Positions 10,459 to 20,065 of a DNA stretch of 64,000 nucleotides are shown in pieces; position 1 is the first letter of the stretch, and the number at the start of each line of letters is the position of its first letter. The DNA lies in IMG/VR virus record IMGVR_UViG_3300045970_000382, positions 64,001-128,000 of that record, one strand, 5' to 3'. The position numbers were made by a program, and so were the translations under genes. Source of the DNA: a virus. The notes under the pieces are model-generated. The model did not search any database, had not been told where the DNA came from, and saw only the letters and a list, made by a program, of their open reading frames with translations.

Positions 10459-11205
10459 ATGACAATTTCTACAATTCATGGCTCACAGATACGGTTGGGA
10501 GCGATTACTGCCGCCCACTTGGCTGCGAGTGCAAAATATATCAGTAATGCCTTTAATTATGTAGGTACTATTGAAGGTGGTTTAACAGGTTCAGGTACAG
10601 ACCTTTCGTTACAAAGTGCTGACGGAAAAAGACCTGGATCATATTACAAAGTGATTACCGCTGGTTTTTTTAAAGTAGATGCAGGTGCTCAATTTTATGC
10701 CAACATCAATGATGGTCTGGTTTGGAATTTAAGTGGTTCTGTTGATATTATTGATAATACGGGCACTCTTATTTCTGGTGACACTGGTCTTATTGATGTG
10801 TCAGGAACCGTGGATGATGGTTTTACGGTTACGGTTGCAGATGCTTTTACTGGTAGAGTCACTACTCTTGAAACAAATGTTGATACTGTTGCTAATTTAG
10901 ATACCGATTCTAAAAACTTGGTGGGAGCTATTAATGAGCTTCATGCTGCTATAGTACCTCCAGCTCCAGTTTATGTACGGCAACAGCCCACTACAGGTGC
11001 TATTAATAGCACTAATTTAGATTATACGTTAGAATTTGCTCCTATAGCTGGAACTTTGTTAGCGTATTTGAATGGAATTTTACAGGCACTGACTGATGAT
11101 TATACTTATGCTGCACCTAACGATGTACCTACTGTATCTTTTGTAGAAGGTGGAGCACCTAAAACAGATAGTGTGTTGACGTTCCTTTATTTTAAATTAG
11201 GTTAA
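10459..11205 (+). CDS. Tail fibre-like protein (paralog B)
   Basis: Colinear paralog of 9673 ORF (GSQIRLGAITAAHLAA, NLVGAINEL, YLNGILQ). Confidence 0.6.
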   Translation: MTISTIHGSQIRLGAITAAHLAASAKYISNAFNYVGTIEGGLTGSGTDLSLQSADGKRPGSYYKVITAGFFKVDAGAQFYANINDGLVWNLSGSVDIIDNTGTLISGDTGLIDVSGTVDDGFTVTVADAFTGRVTTLETNVDTVANLDTDSKNLVGAINELHAAIVPPAPVYVRQQPTTGAINSTNLDYTLEFAPIAGTLLAYLNGILQALTDDYTYAAPNDVPTVSFVEGGAPKTDSVLTFLYFKLG

Positions 11206-11254
11206 GCTATTGTGGTGGTGAGGGATAAGTCTTGCCACTATTTAAGGAGCTATC

Positions 11255-11521
11255 ATGGCTAGAACACAAATTCGCGGTACTCAGATATTAGATAAGACTA
11301 TTGAACCGATAGATTTGTCTGTTGATTACGCTTTAGCTAATAATGTTTCTTATCAATTTTTGCCTGTTCTTAAACACGACTCTTTTATAGCTAAAGTCCC
11401 ACCACCCCAATTCTTAGCAATTTTTACTCGTAGTCAAACTTACACCCAGTTAGTCATTTATTTGGGACTCTTACCCGTGGTTACTAGAGCGGGTTCTACT
11501 GTGCAGGTGCAATTATCATGA
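11255..11521 (+). CDS. Small fibre-associated protein
   Basis: RBS AAGGAG; N-terminus TQIRGTQI resembles N-termini of the 9673 and 10459 proteins. Confidence 0.5.
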   Translation: MARTQIRGTQILDKTIEPIDLSVDYALANNVSYQFLPVLKHDSFIAKVPPPQFLAIFTRSQTYTQLVIYLGLLPVVTRAGSTVQVQLS

Positions 11522-11754
11522 CCCAACGTTATCCCTTAGTTTTGAACGGTGTGCAGATTCAGGAAATACAGGCGGGTGAATTTTTAGCTGTGCCAGAGTT
11601 GTTTGCAGACAATGGTGTGGTTTGCAATAAACAAACTATAGATACCAGCATCACATTCCCAGAAGCCACCAATGTTATTTCAGTGGGAACACTAACCATA
11701 AGCCCAGGTGTCACTGTCACTCTGGGTGCAGGCCAGAAATGGTCTATCATTTAA
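11518..11754 (+). CDS. Small tail-fibre-associated protein
   Basis: C-terminal N.ISVG.LTI.PGVTVTLGAGQKWSII motif common in phage fibre regions. Confidence 0.5.
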   Translation: MTQRYPLVLNGVQIQEIQAGEFLAVPELFADNGVVCNKQTIDTSITFPEATNVISVGTLTISPGVTVTLGAGQKWSII

Positions 11755-11767
11755 AGGCAGGTTTAAT

Positions 11768-12421
11768 ATGACCACTGTAGTAAAAACTAATAGTTCAGGA
11801 TATTCGGTCACACCAGGTGTGGATAATATCTTTGAATTTAAAACCAATGATATACTAGCTCTCACAATCAATGCTTCTCAAGTCGTTTCCTTAGTAAATC
11901 CATTACCTGTAAATTCGGGAGGTATTGGTTTTGCTGCTCCAGGTATGGTTGGTAACATTTTAAGAAGCAATGGCACTATCTGGGAATCAGTAGCACCTAC
12001 ACCTACTATTACCGATGACACTACCACCAATGTTCTTCAATATTTGGGTATGTCCAGAGCCACGTCAGGGGCTTGGATCACTGATTATATTTGTACCTCT
12101 AAGTTGAATTTTAATCCGTTTACTGGTGTATTAACTTCCTTTTTATTCAATGCTTCTTCTGACGTGACTCTGAAAGAAAATATTACACCTATTGTAAACG
12201 GTTTGTCTACTATAGAAAGTCTTAATGGTGTTAGTTTCAATTGGAAAGATAGTCAGTTACCATCCATAGGTTTAATTGCTCAGGAAGTTGAAAAGGTTTG
12301 TCCCATATTGGTATCGGAAGAAGATGGTTTAAAGTCTTTGAACTACAATGGCATCATTGGCTTGTTAGTAGAAGCGGTTAAGGAATTGTCGGCACGGGTT
12401 AAAGAATTGGAGAACGGATAA
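11768..12421 (+). CDS. Tail fibre protein with intramolecular chaperone (peptidase S74) domain
   Basis: SSDVTLKENITPI...LNGVSFNWKD...IGLIAQEVEKV.P.LV...LNYNGIIGLLVEAVKEL; ATG 11768 preferred. Confidence 0.85.
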   Translation: MTTVVKTNSSGYSVTPGVDNIFEFKTNDILALTINASQVVSLVNPLPVNSGGIGFAAPGMVGNILRSNGTIWESVAPTPTITDDTTTNVLQYLGMSRATSGAWITDYICTSKLNFNPFTGVLTSFLFNASSDVTLKENITPIVNGLSTIESLNGVSFNWKDSQLPSIGLIAQEVEKVCPILVSEEDGLKSLNYNGIIGLLVEAVKELSARVKELENG

Positions 12422-13581
12422 TGGCCTCTAACTATACTGAAGATGACCCTGTTTTTGGCACTGTAGACTTGGATGACGAGTATATAACTGATGCTTGGTT
12501 GGTTGACAGATATGTGGGTAATACATTATGGTCTTTTGGATATAATAATAATGGACAATTAGGTAACGGTACAATTATTGATTATTCTAGCCCTATTCAG
12601 ATAGGTTCACTAACTAACTGGAAACAAGTTGCTTGTGAATATAGACATACTTTAGCTATTAAAACTGACGGCACTTTATGGGCTTGTGGATATAATGATT
12701 ATGGGCAATTAGGTAACGGTACAGCTATTTATTATTCTAGTCCTATTCAAGTAGGTAGCTTAACTAATTGGAAACAAGTTGCTGGTGGATATAAAAATAC
12801 TTTAGCTATTAAAACAGATAATACATTATGGGCTTGTGGATATAATTATTATGGACAATTAGGCAACGATACAACTATTGCTTATTCAAGTCCAATCCAA
12901 ATTGGTAGTCTGACTAACTGGAAACAAGTTGCTTGTGGGCGCTATCACACTGTAGCCATTAAGACAGACGGCACTTTATGGAGTTGTGGATATAATTATT
13001 ATGCTCAATTAGGTAATGGTACAGTTATTAAATATTCTAGTCCTATCCAAATTGGTTCATTGACTGATTGGAAACAAGTAGTTAGTGAGCAATACTCTAC
13101 ATTAGCTATTAAGACAAATGGAACTTTATGGGCTTTTGGATATAATGGTAATGGACAATTAGGCAATGGTACAACCATTAATTACTCTAGTCCTATTCAA
13201 ATTGGTTCATTGACTAATTGGAAACAAGTTGCTGGTGGATATTTTTTTACTGTAGCCATTAAGACAGATGGAACTTTATGGGGGTTTGGTACTAATTCTT
13301 ATGGACAATTAGGCAATAATACACGTATTCATTATTCCAGCCCCATTCAAGTAGGTAGCTTAACTGACTGGAAACAAGTTGCTTGTGGAAATAGTACTTT
13401 AGCTATTAAAACTGACGGCACTTTATGGGCTTTTGGATATAATGATTATGGACAGTTAGGTAATAGCACATCTATTAATTATTCCAGCCCTATCCAAATA
13501 AGCAGCCTGACTAATTGGAAACAAGTTGCTTGTGGAGATAAACATACTGTAGCAGTCACATTTAAAGATATAGGAGATTAA
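12421..13581 (+). CDS. RCC1-repeat (7-bladed beta-propeller) protein 1
   Basis: Seven ~50-aa repeats LWxxGxNxxGQLGN.T...YSSPIQIGSLTNWKQVA.....AIKTDGT. Confidence 0.9.
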   Translation: MASNYTEDDPVFGTVDLDDEYITDAWLVDRYVGNTLWSFGYNNNGQLGNGTIIDYSSPIQIGSLTNWKQVACEYRHTLAIKTDGTLWACGYNDYGQLGNGTAIYYSSPIQVGSLTNWKQVAGGYKNTLAIKTDNTLWACGYNYYGQLGNDTTIAYSSPIQIGSLTNWKQVACGRYHTVAIKTDGTLWSCGYNYYAQLGNGTVIKYSSPIQIGSLTDWKQVVSEQYSTLAIKTNGTLWAFGYNGNGQLGNGTTINYSSPIQIGSLTNWKQVAGGYFFTVAIKTDGTLWGFGTNSYGQLGNNTRIHYSSPIQVGSLTDWKQVACGNSTLAIKTDGTLWAFGYNDYGQLGNSTSINYSSPIQISSLTNWKQVACGDKHTVAVTFKDIGD

Positions 13582-13583
13582 AA

Positions 13584-14240
13584 ATGCAATATTTACTGAC
13601 CGAAAACAAATCTGTACTGCTAGGCCCGATTGATTGGAAACCAAGATTCATACAATCAGAGCTAGATGATTTAGAGGTAGACTTTAAAATACCTATCGCA
13701 GAACCAGGTTATTTGGCTATTAATGAAACCTTGGAAATTATTCCGGTAATCACGTCTTATAAGCCAGCCGTGGATTTCAATTTTGAACATTTGGCAGGGC
13801 CATTCTATACCTTCACCAACAATGGGGCACATGAAGTCTATAGCTCCTATCGTTTGTCGTTAGACATTATCAAGGAGAATTTACATGCCATTGCTGCAAT
13901 GGCAAGGTTCAGAAAGGAAGAACTGGGTACTAAAACCACTATCCAGAACTTGGAAGTGACTGTAGACACCACCCGAAGTAGCAGAAACATCTTCGTACAA
14001 AAATACTTATTGATGAGTGAGTCTGATACTGTGTTGTTAAAGTTTGCTGAAGGTTGGTTTACGGTGACTAAAGCAGAATTAGGTCAAGTTGTGCAAGCGG
14101 GTAATAATTATATCCAAGCTCAATTCGATGCTGAAAAGGTTAAGTTGGGTGAGATAGATGCTCATGACACTTTTGAAGGTCTGCAAGCTGTAGTTATTAT
14201 ACCACTACCTGAAGTACCAGAAGCTCCTTTAGGAGGCTGA
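13584..14240 (+). CDS. Tail fibre assembly-like protein (DUF4376-like)
   Basis: AMARFRKEELG...VDTTRSSR...KFAEGWF.VTK.EL......YIQAQFDAEK pattern. Confidence 0.55.
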   Translation: MQYLLTENKSVLLGPIDWKPRFIQSELDDLEVDFKIPIAEPGYLAINETLEIIPVITSYKPAVDFNFEHLAGPFYTFTNNGAHEVYSSYRLSLDIIKENLHAIAAMARFRKEELGTKTTIQNLEVTVDTTRSSRNIFVQKYLLMSESDTVLLKFAEGWFTVTKAELGQVVQAGNNYIQAQFDAEKVKLGEIDAHDTFEGLQAVVIIPLPEVPEAPLGG

Positions 14241-14241
14241 T

Positions 14242-15423
14242 ATGCTGACCGGATTTAAGACTATAGACCCTAATACAGGTAATGCTAATGATTTGGGTGA
14301 ACGGTATCTGACTAAAGACTATATGCTCGATGCTTATCCTAACTTGATTCCAGGTATGAACCCTAGTGGGTTGTGGAGTTTTGGATATAATGGTTTTGGG
14401 CAATTAGGTAACGATACACGTATTAATTATTCTTCTCCTATTCAAGTAGGTAGTCTGACTAACTGGAAACAAGTTACTTGTGGGCGTTACCATAGTGCAG
14501 CTATTAAAACAGACGGCACTTTATGGGCTTTTGGCGATAATTATAGTGGACAATTAGGTAACGGTACAACCATTAAATATTCCAGCCCTATTCAAATTGG
14601 TAGTCTGACTAATTGGAAACAAGTTGCTACTGGTTTTTATCATACTGTAGCCATTAAAACTGATGGAACTTTATGGGCTTATGGAAATAGTGGTTATGGA
14701 CAATTAGGCAACGGTACAACTAACAGTTATTCCAGTCCTATTCAAATTGGTAGCTTAACCAACTGGAAACAAGTTGCTTGTGGGTATAGATATTCTTTAG
14801 CTATTAAAACTGATGGCACTTTATGGGCTTTTGGCGATAATTATAGTGGACAATTAGGTAATGGTACAACCATTAAATATTCCAGCCCTATTCAAGTAGG
14901 TAGTTTAACTAATTGGAAACAAGTTGCTACTGGTTTTTATCATAGTGCAGCTATTAAAACAGATGGGACTTTATGGGGTTGTGGATATAATGGTTTTGGT
15001 CAATTAGGCAATGGTACAACTGACAGTTATTCCAGTCCAATTCAAATTGGTAGTTTGACTAATTGGAAACAAGTTGCTACTGGTTTTTATCATATTGTAG
15101 CCATTAAAACTGATGGGACTTTATGGAGTTTTGGTAAGAATTGGCAAGGACAATTAGGAAATAGTACAATTGACAATTATTCCAGTCCCATTCAAATTAG
15201 TAGCTTAACTAATTGGAAACAAGTTGCTTGTGGAATTGATAATACTGTAGCCATTAAAACAGATGGGACTTTATGGGGTTGTGGATATAATGGTTTTGGT
15301 CAATTAGGCAATGGTACAACTGACAGTTATTCCAGTCCCATTCAAATAGGAAACTTAACTAACTGGAAATTTATATATGCTGGTCGGAATAATAATTTTG
15401 TTATTTCAGCTTTATATTTATAG
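14242..15423 (+). CDS. RCC1-repeat protein 2
   Basis: Seven 50-aa RCC1-like repeats. Confidence 0.9.
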   Translation: MLTGFKTIDPNTGNANDLGERYLTKDYMLDAYPNLIPGMNPSGLWSFGYNGFGQLGNDTRINYSSPIQVGSLTNWKQVTCGRYHSAAIKTDGTLWAFGDNYSGQLGNGTTIKYSSPIQIGSLTNWKQVATGFYHTVAIKTDGTLWAYGNSGYGQLGNGTTNSYSSPIQIGSLTNWKQVACGYRYSLAIKTDGTLWAFGDNYSGQLGNGTTIKYSSPIQVGSLTNWKQVATGFYHSAAIKTDGTLWGCGYNGFGQLGNGTTDSYSSPIQIGSLTNWKQVATGFYHIVAIKTDGTLWSFGKNWQGQLGNSTIDNYSSPIQISSLTNWKQVACGIDNTVAIKTDGTLWGCGYNGFGQLGNGTTDSYSSPIQIGNLTNWKFIYAGRNNNFVISALYL

Positions 15424-15434
15424 GTAGGTGAATT

Positions 15435-16568
15435 ATGGCAACGTCAGGTTTTCAAAGTAATTCAGCTACATTAGAAGGTATTTTTGTTAAAAAGAATATT
15501 TTCCTAGAATCTAATTTATGGGCTTTTGGCGATAATTATAGTGGACAATTAGGTAATGGTACAACCATTAAATATTCCAGCCCTATTCAAGTAGGTAGCT
15601 TAACTAATTGGAAACAAGTTGCTTGTAGATGTACATATACCTTAGCCATTAAAACAGACGGCACTTTATGGGCTTTTGGCGATAATTATAGTGGACAATT
15701 AGGTAATGGTACAACCATTAAATATTCCAGCCCTATTCAAATTGGTAGTCTGACTAATTGGAAACAAGTTGCTACTGGTTTTTATCATAGTGCAGCTATT
15801 AAAACAGATGGAACTTTATGGGGGTTTGGTACTAATTCTTATGGACAATTAGGCAATAATACAACTATTGATTACTCTAGTCCTATTCAAGTAGGCAGTT
15901 TAACGGATTGGAAACAAGTTGCTTGTGGATGTACATATACCTTAGCCATTAAAACAGACGGCACTTTATGGGCTTTTGGCGATAATTATAGTGGACAATT
16001 AGGTAACGGTACAACCATTGGTTACTCCAGCCCTATTCAAGTAGGTAGCTTAACTAATTGGAAACAAGTTGCTTGTAGAGATAAATATACTGTAGCTATT
16101 AAAACTGATGGCACTTTATGGGCTTGTGGATATAATGGTTTTGGGCAATTAGGTAACGATACACGTATTAATTATTCTTCTCCTATTCAAGTAGGTAGTC
16201 TGACTAACTGGAAACAAGTTGCTTGTGGGAGCTATCATACTTTAGCTATTAAAACAGACGGCACTTTATGGGCTTATGGAAATAGTGGTTATGGACAATT
16301 AGGCAACGGTACAACCATTAGATATTCCAGCCCTATTCAAATTGGTAGTCTGACTAATTGGAAACAAGTTGCTTGTGGATATAAACATACTGTAGCCATT
16401 AAGACGGATGGGGCATTATGGACTTGTGGATATAATGGTTTGGGACAATTAGGCAACGGTACAAGAATTAATTACTCCAGCCCCATTCAAATTGGTAGTT
16501 TAACTAACTGGAAACAAGTTGCTGGTGGGAGCTATCATACTTTAGCCATTAAGACAGATGACTTATAA
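15435..16568 (+). CDS. RCC1-repeat protein 3
   Basis: Seven 50-aa RCC1-like repeats. Confidence 0.9.
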   Translation: MATSGFQSNSATLEGIFVKKNIFLESNLWAFGDNYSGQLGNGTTIKYSSPIQVGSLTNWKQVACRCTYTLAIKTDGTLWAFGDNYSGQLGNGTTIKYSSPIQIGSLTNWKQVATGFYHSAAIKTDGTLWGFGTNSYGQLGNNTTIDYSSPIQVGSLTDWKQVACGCTYTLAIKTDGTLWAFGDNYSGQLGNGTTIGYSSPIQVGSLTNWKQVACRDKYTVAIKTDGTLWACGYNGFGQLGNDTRINYSSPIQVGSLTNWKQVACGSYHTLAIKTDGTLWAYGNSGYGQLGNGTTIRYSSPIQIGSLTNWKQVACGYKHTVAIKTDGALWTCGYNGLGQLGNGTRINYSSPIQIGSLTNWKQVAGGSYHTLAIKTDDL

Positions 16569-16577
16569 CAGGATTTT

Positions 16578-17351
16578 ATGAAAAAATACATATTCACGGC
16601 AGGACTACCTAGAGCTGGAACTACGCTCTTAGGTACTATTTTAAAACAAAACCCACGGTTTGAAGCCTCCATATCAGGGCCACTGGCACGGTTTGTCAGA
16701 GCTGTTATTCAAGAGTCATCTTCCCAAGGCGGATATCGCCATGAATGTCCACCTCCATTACGAAAACGGCTTATCCAAGGGCTGTTTGAGAATTATTACA
16801 GCGACCCCACCAAAGATGTTGCGTTCAATCATAATCGCGGTTGGGGTTTGTTGCTACCTACTATTAAAGACCTTTACCCCGATTGTAAGTTGATTCTATG
16901 TGTGAGAGACATGGGCTGGGTGTTGGATTCATTTGAAACTTTAGTAAGAAAGAATCCTTATTCGTTTTCCTCCATGTTCTCTTTAGATGAAAATATCAAT
17001 GTTTATACCCGTTGTGAAACTCTATTAAGACCAGATAGGACATTAGGTTTTGCTTACAATGCAGTTAAGCAAGCCATCACTTCCGAACATAATGATTCTG
17101 TTTTTATACTTGAATATGACAAGCTGGCACAAGTCCCAGAACTGATGCTTAAAGCCCTGTATAACTTTATTGAAGAACCTTACTTTGAGCATGATTTTAA
17201 TGATGTTGAGGCTTCTTATGATGAATTCGATGAAGATGTACAGTTACCCGGACTACATACTACTCGAAAAAAAGTGGAGTTTATTGAACGTAAGACTATA
17301 ATTCCACCTGATATATGGGAGCGTGTCAAAAACATGGAAGTGTGGAAATGA
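16578..17351 (+). CDS. Sulfotransferase family protein
   Basis: 5'-PSB loop GLPRAGTTLL; 3'-PB-like KLILCVRD...VLDSFE. Confidence 0.85.
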   Translation: MKKYIFTAGLPRAGTTLLGTILKQNPRFEASISGPLARFVRAVIQESSSQGGYRHECPPPLRKRLIQGLFENYYSDPTKDVAFNHNRGWGLLLPTIKDLYPDCKLILCVRDMGWVLDSFETLVRKNPYSFSSMFSLDENINVYTRCETLLRPDRTLGFAYNAVKQAITSEHNDSVFILEYDKLAQVPELMLKALYNFIEEPYFEHDFNDVEASYDEFDEDVQLPGLHTTRKKVEFIERKTIIPPDIWERVKNMEVWK

Positions 17352-18079
17352 TTTACAATGTCATACCTGGAACGTTTAATAATTATGGAATAAGAAATGG
17401 AGATATGATTGCCATTATCAATTTCCTGCAATGGTTTAGAATGCAGGAAGACGACCCTACTATTAAACTCCACATAAAATCTAATGTCATAGTTAAAACT
17501 GACTATTGCAAACAGTTCTATAAATTGTTATGTGAACTGACCGACTGTTTTTCTCTGACAGAAGGCTATCAAAATCTACCTTATCATGAACTGATGCTTT
17601 GGGACTTCAGGGACATTTGTGGGGATGTAGTATCCATTCATAATCCTCATATCCAAAAGAAAAAGATTGTAGTGTTTCCGGTCTATGATTCAGATTACCA
17701 TGTTTATAGGAATTGGAATATAAGTCTACTTGAATCCATACTAGAAGAGTACACTGAAAAATATCCCGATTATGAAAAACTGCTCTGTGTTAAAGACCTA
17801 CCTGATTTAGATATAAAAATGTCAGGGTTTTCCATCAGCACCCACTTTATGCAAAACATAAAACATATTATGGAAGCGGAGATATTCATTGGTGGTGATA
17901 CCGGGGTTTCACATTTCGCTTCAGCACTTAACCTTGGTCCTAAAGAACTAGTGTACTGTTACAATGGCAGGAGCACGGTACATACTTTGCCTTTTCATTT
18001 ATTAAGTGGTAAAGGCACGTTAAGAAAATACTGGTTAAATTGCTATAAAACAACCTATAAAGGACAGCTAGTGTTATGA
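17348..18079 (+). CDS. Glycosyltransferase-like (GT9/heptosyltransferase-like C-terminus)
   Basis: AEIFIGGDTGVSHFASA matches GT9 FIGNDSG.MHLAAA; ATG 17348 overlaps previous stop. Confidence 0.6.
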   Translation: MIYNVIPGTFNNYGIRNGDMIAIINFLQWFRMQEDDPTIKLHIKSNVIVKTDYCKQFYKLLCELTDCFSLTEGYQNLPYHELMLWDFRDICGDVVSIHNPHIQKKKIVVFPVYDSDYHVYRNWNISLLESILEEYTEKYPDYEKLLCVKDLPDLDIKMSGFSISTHFMQNIKHIMEAEIFIGGDTGVSHFASALNLGPKELVYCYNGRSTVHTLPFHLLSGKGTLRKYWLNCYKTTYKGQLVL

Positions 18080-18663
18080 AGATATTGTTAGGTAGCGGTT
18101 ATAAAAAAGAAGAAGGTTTTGTTACTATAGATGACGACCCTATAGTGAATCCAGATTATCTGATAAATCTGGATGATGTTAATATAAAACTACCTTTTGC
18201 GGATAATTCAGTTAGTGAAATCAGGGCTTATCATATTTTGGAGCATATTGGTGAAGGGTTTATACCTCTAATTCAAGAGATGTATAGAATATCTGAACAT
18301 AATGCAATATTGGATATTAAAGTACCCCACCATAACCACGAAGTCTATTATGGAGATCCTACCCATAAACGACCTATCACAGTCAATGGCATGAAATTAT
18401 TTGACCAAGACTACAATCGGGAACATATAGCGGAGCATAATGCCAGTTCGGGATTAGGTATCCGGTATAAGGTTGATTTCAGAATGCTCTGGTATAATTT
18501 TGATTATGACCCTTTTTATATGGATATGATTAAAGGGATTGAACAACGCCAAGCAGCAGGAACTTTATCCAAAGAAGAAGAATTTGCTTTTATGCGTTTA
18601 ATGCGTGAGGCTAATAATGTGGCAATGAACACTAACATTAAGATGCTGGCTATCAAGGAGTAA
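18076..18663 (+). CDS. Class I SAM-dependent methyltransferase
   Basis: KILLGSG...TIDD...LPFADNSVSEIRAYHILEHI...DPTHKR. Confidence 0.8.
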   Translation: MKILLGSGYKKEEGFVTIDDDPIVNPDYLINLDDVNIKLPFADNSVSEIRAYHILEHIGEGFIPLIQEMYRISEHNAILDIKVPHHNHEVYYGDPTHKRPITVNGMKLFDQDYNREHIAEHNASSGLGIRYKVDFRMLWYNFDYDPFYMDMIKGIEQRQAAGTLSKEEEFAFMRLMREANNVAMNTNIKMLAIKE

Positions 18664-18667
18664 TGCA

Positions 18668-20065
18668 GTGGCACAACCTATAAAGTATGACAGTAATGAC
18701 CCATTATCTTTTATTATAGAATATTTAGAAAAAGCTAATGAGGATGAACTAGCTAATAAGGTACTAGATGTATTTGCCAGAAACTCCAATCAATTGGAGC
18801 AGTTTAACTTGTTGGCTAAACTGTATTTGGATTTACGGAACGGTGACAAGGCCGAAGAGTTTTCCCTAAAAGTGTTGTCCATGGTGGCTGACCCGCAAGC
18901 TCAATATAATGCTAGGTCTAACATCGCCAAGATGTATAACAACATGAACAAACCTGATAAGTCTTTACAGCACTCCAGCCTGAATAGGATTATTACTCCA
19001 GATGACCCAGATACCCTGTTAGAATCAGTATTTTCGTTATACTTATTAGGTCAAAAAGACGATGCTGAAAAGATACTGAGAGATTTGAAAGCTAGGGAAG
19101 ATACTTTAAGCGAACACCATCAAACTATTGTTGATTTTAACTTGGGTACGTATGACATGGAGCAAGGTCACTTCCTAAAAGGGTTGGCTGGGTTTTTAAT
19201 TAATATCAAAAAATTAGGCTTATGGTTCTCCAACAGGGAACTACCCTACAAGTATTGGAATGGCGGTATATATCCGGGTAGAACTTTAATCTTGTTTATG
19301 GAAGGCGGAGGCATTGGTGACGAGTTCATATCTGTGAGACACATGGATGACCTTAAAAGACTTGGGTTTAGACCTATCTATTATACCTTTAGACCGGACT
19401 TATATAAGATTTTTAACCGTTGTGGCTATGAAACGGTATTAAATCTTGATGATGTACCTAAAGATTCCTTATGGACTTACGCCATGCAAGTGCCATTATG
19501 GATAAAGAAGACTCCTGAAACTATTATCAGGGAAAATTATCTATATCCATCTGATGAAGCCAGATCTAAATGGCAGTTTATAAAAGATTCTAACAAGTTT
19601 AAGATTGGTGTACGTTGGCAAGGTAATGCTAAAAATGAACGTGACTTGCATCGTAAGGTTCCTCTTGACGGGATTATGGACACTTTAAAATCAGTATATA
19701 AGAACAAAGATGTAGAATATTATTCGTTACAGATTGGTGATGGTGAGGAAGAGATTGTTAATTACCTTGAATTGATAAACGTATCTGATAAAATAGAATC
19801 TTATGATGATACTTTAGCATTATTGGAAAACTTAGATTTGGTTGTATCTTCGTGTACTTCGGTACTCCATGCCTCAGCTATAGTGGGTACTGAAACCATT
19901 GGTTTGATTCCAATATCAGCTTATTTCACATGGTTAAGTCCCACTCCTAATAGACCTATTTATACCAGCATCTGGTATGGCGACAATTTAAGAATTTTTA
20001 AACAGACTACTATCAATAGTTGGGAAACTCCTTTTAATCAGATAAAGGAATATCTTAATGGATGA
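18668..20065 (+). CDS. TPR-repeat plus GT9-like glycosyltransferase protein
   Basis: Helical N-terminus; EGGGIGDEF, IGVRWQGN, LDLVVSSCTSVLHASAIVG. Confidence 0.75.
   Translation: MAQPIKYDSNDPLSFIIEYLEKANEDELANKVLDVFARNSNQLEQFNLLAKLYLDLRNGDKAEEFSLKVLSMVADPQAQYNARSNIAKMYNNMNKPDKSLQHSSLNRIITPDDPDTLLESVFSLYLLGQKDDAEKILRDLKAREDTLSEHHQTIVDFNLGTYDMEQGHFLKGLAGFLINIKKLGLWFSNRELPYKYWNGGIYPGRTLILFMEGGGIGDEFISVRHMDDLKRLGFRPIYYTFRPDLYKIFNRCGYETVLNLDDVPKDSLWTYAMQVPLWIKKTPETIIRENYLYPSDEARSKWQFIKDSNKFKIGVRWQGNAKNERDLHRKVPLDGIMDTLKSVYKNKDVEYYSLQIGDGEEEIVNYLELINVSDKIESYDDTLALLENLDLVVSSCTSVLHASAIVGTETIGLIPISAYFTWLSPTPNRPIYTSIWYGDNLRIFKQTTINSWETPFNQIKEYLNG

Larger units (their letters stand above)
12526..16560 (+). 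repeat. 150-bp coding tandem repeat family (21 units over three genes)
   Basis: Period 150 bp (e.g. ttatgg at 12526/12676/12826); long identical blocks shared between genes. Confidence 0.9.

Noticed and set aside
12526-16560. CRISPR array
   Set aside because: Repeats are in-frame 150-bp coding units without unique spacers; no cas genes.
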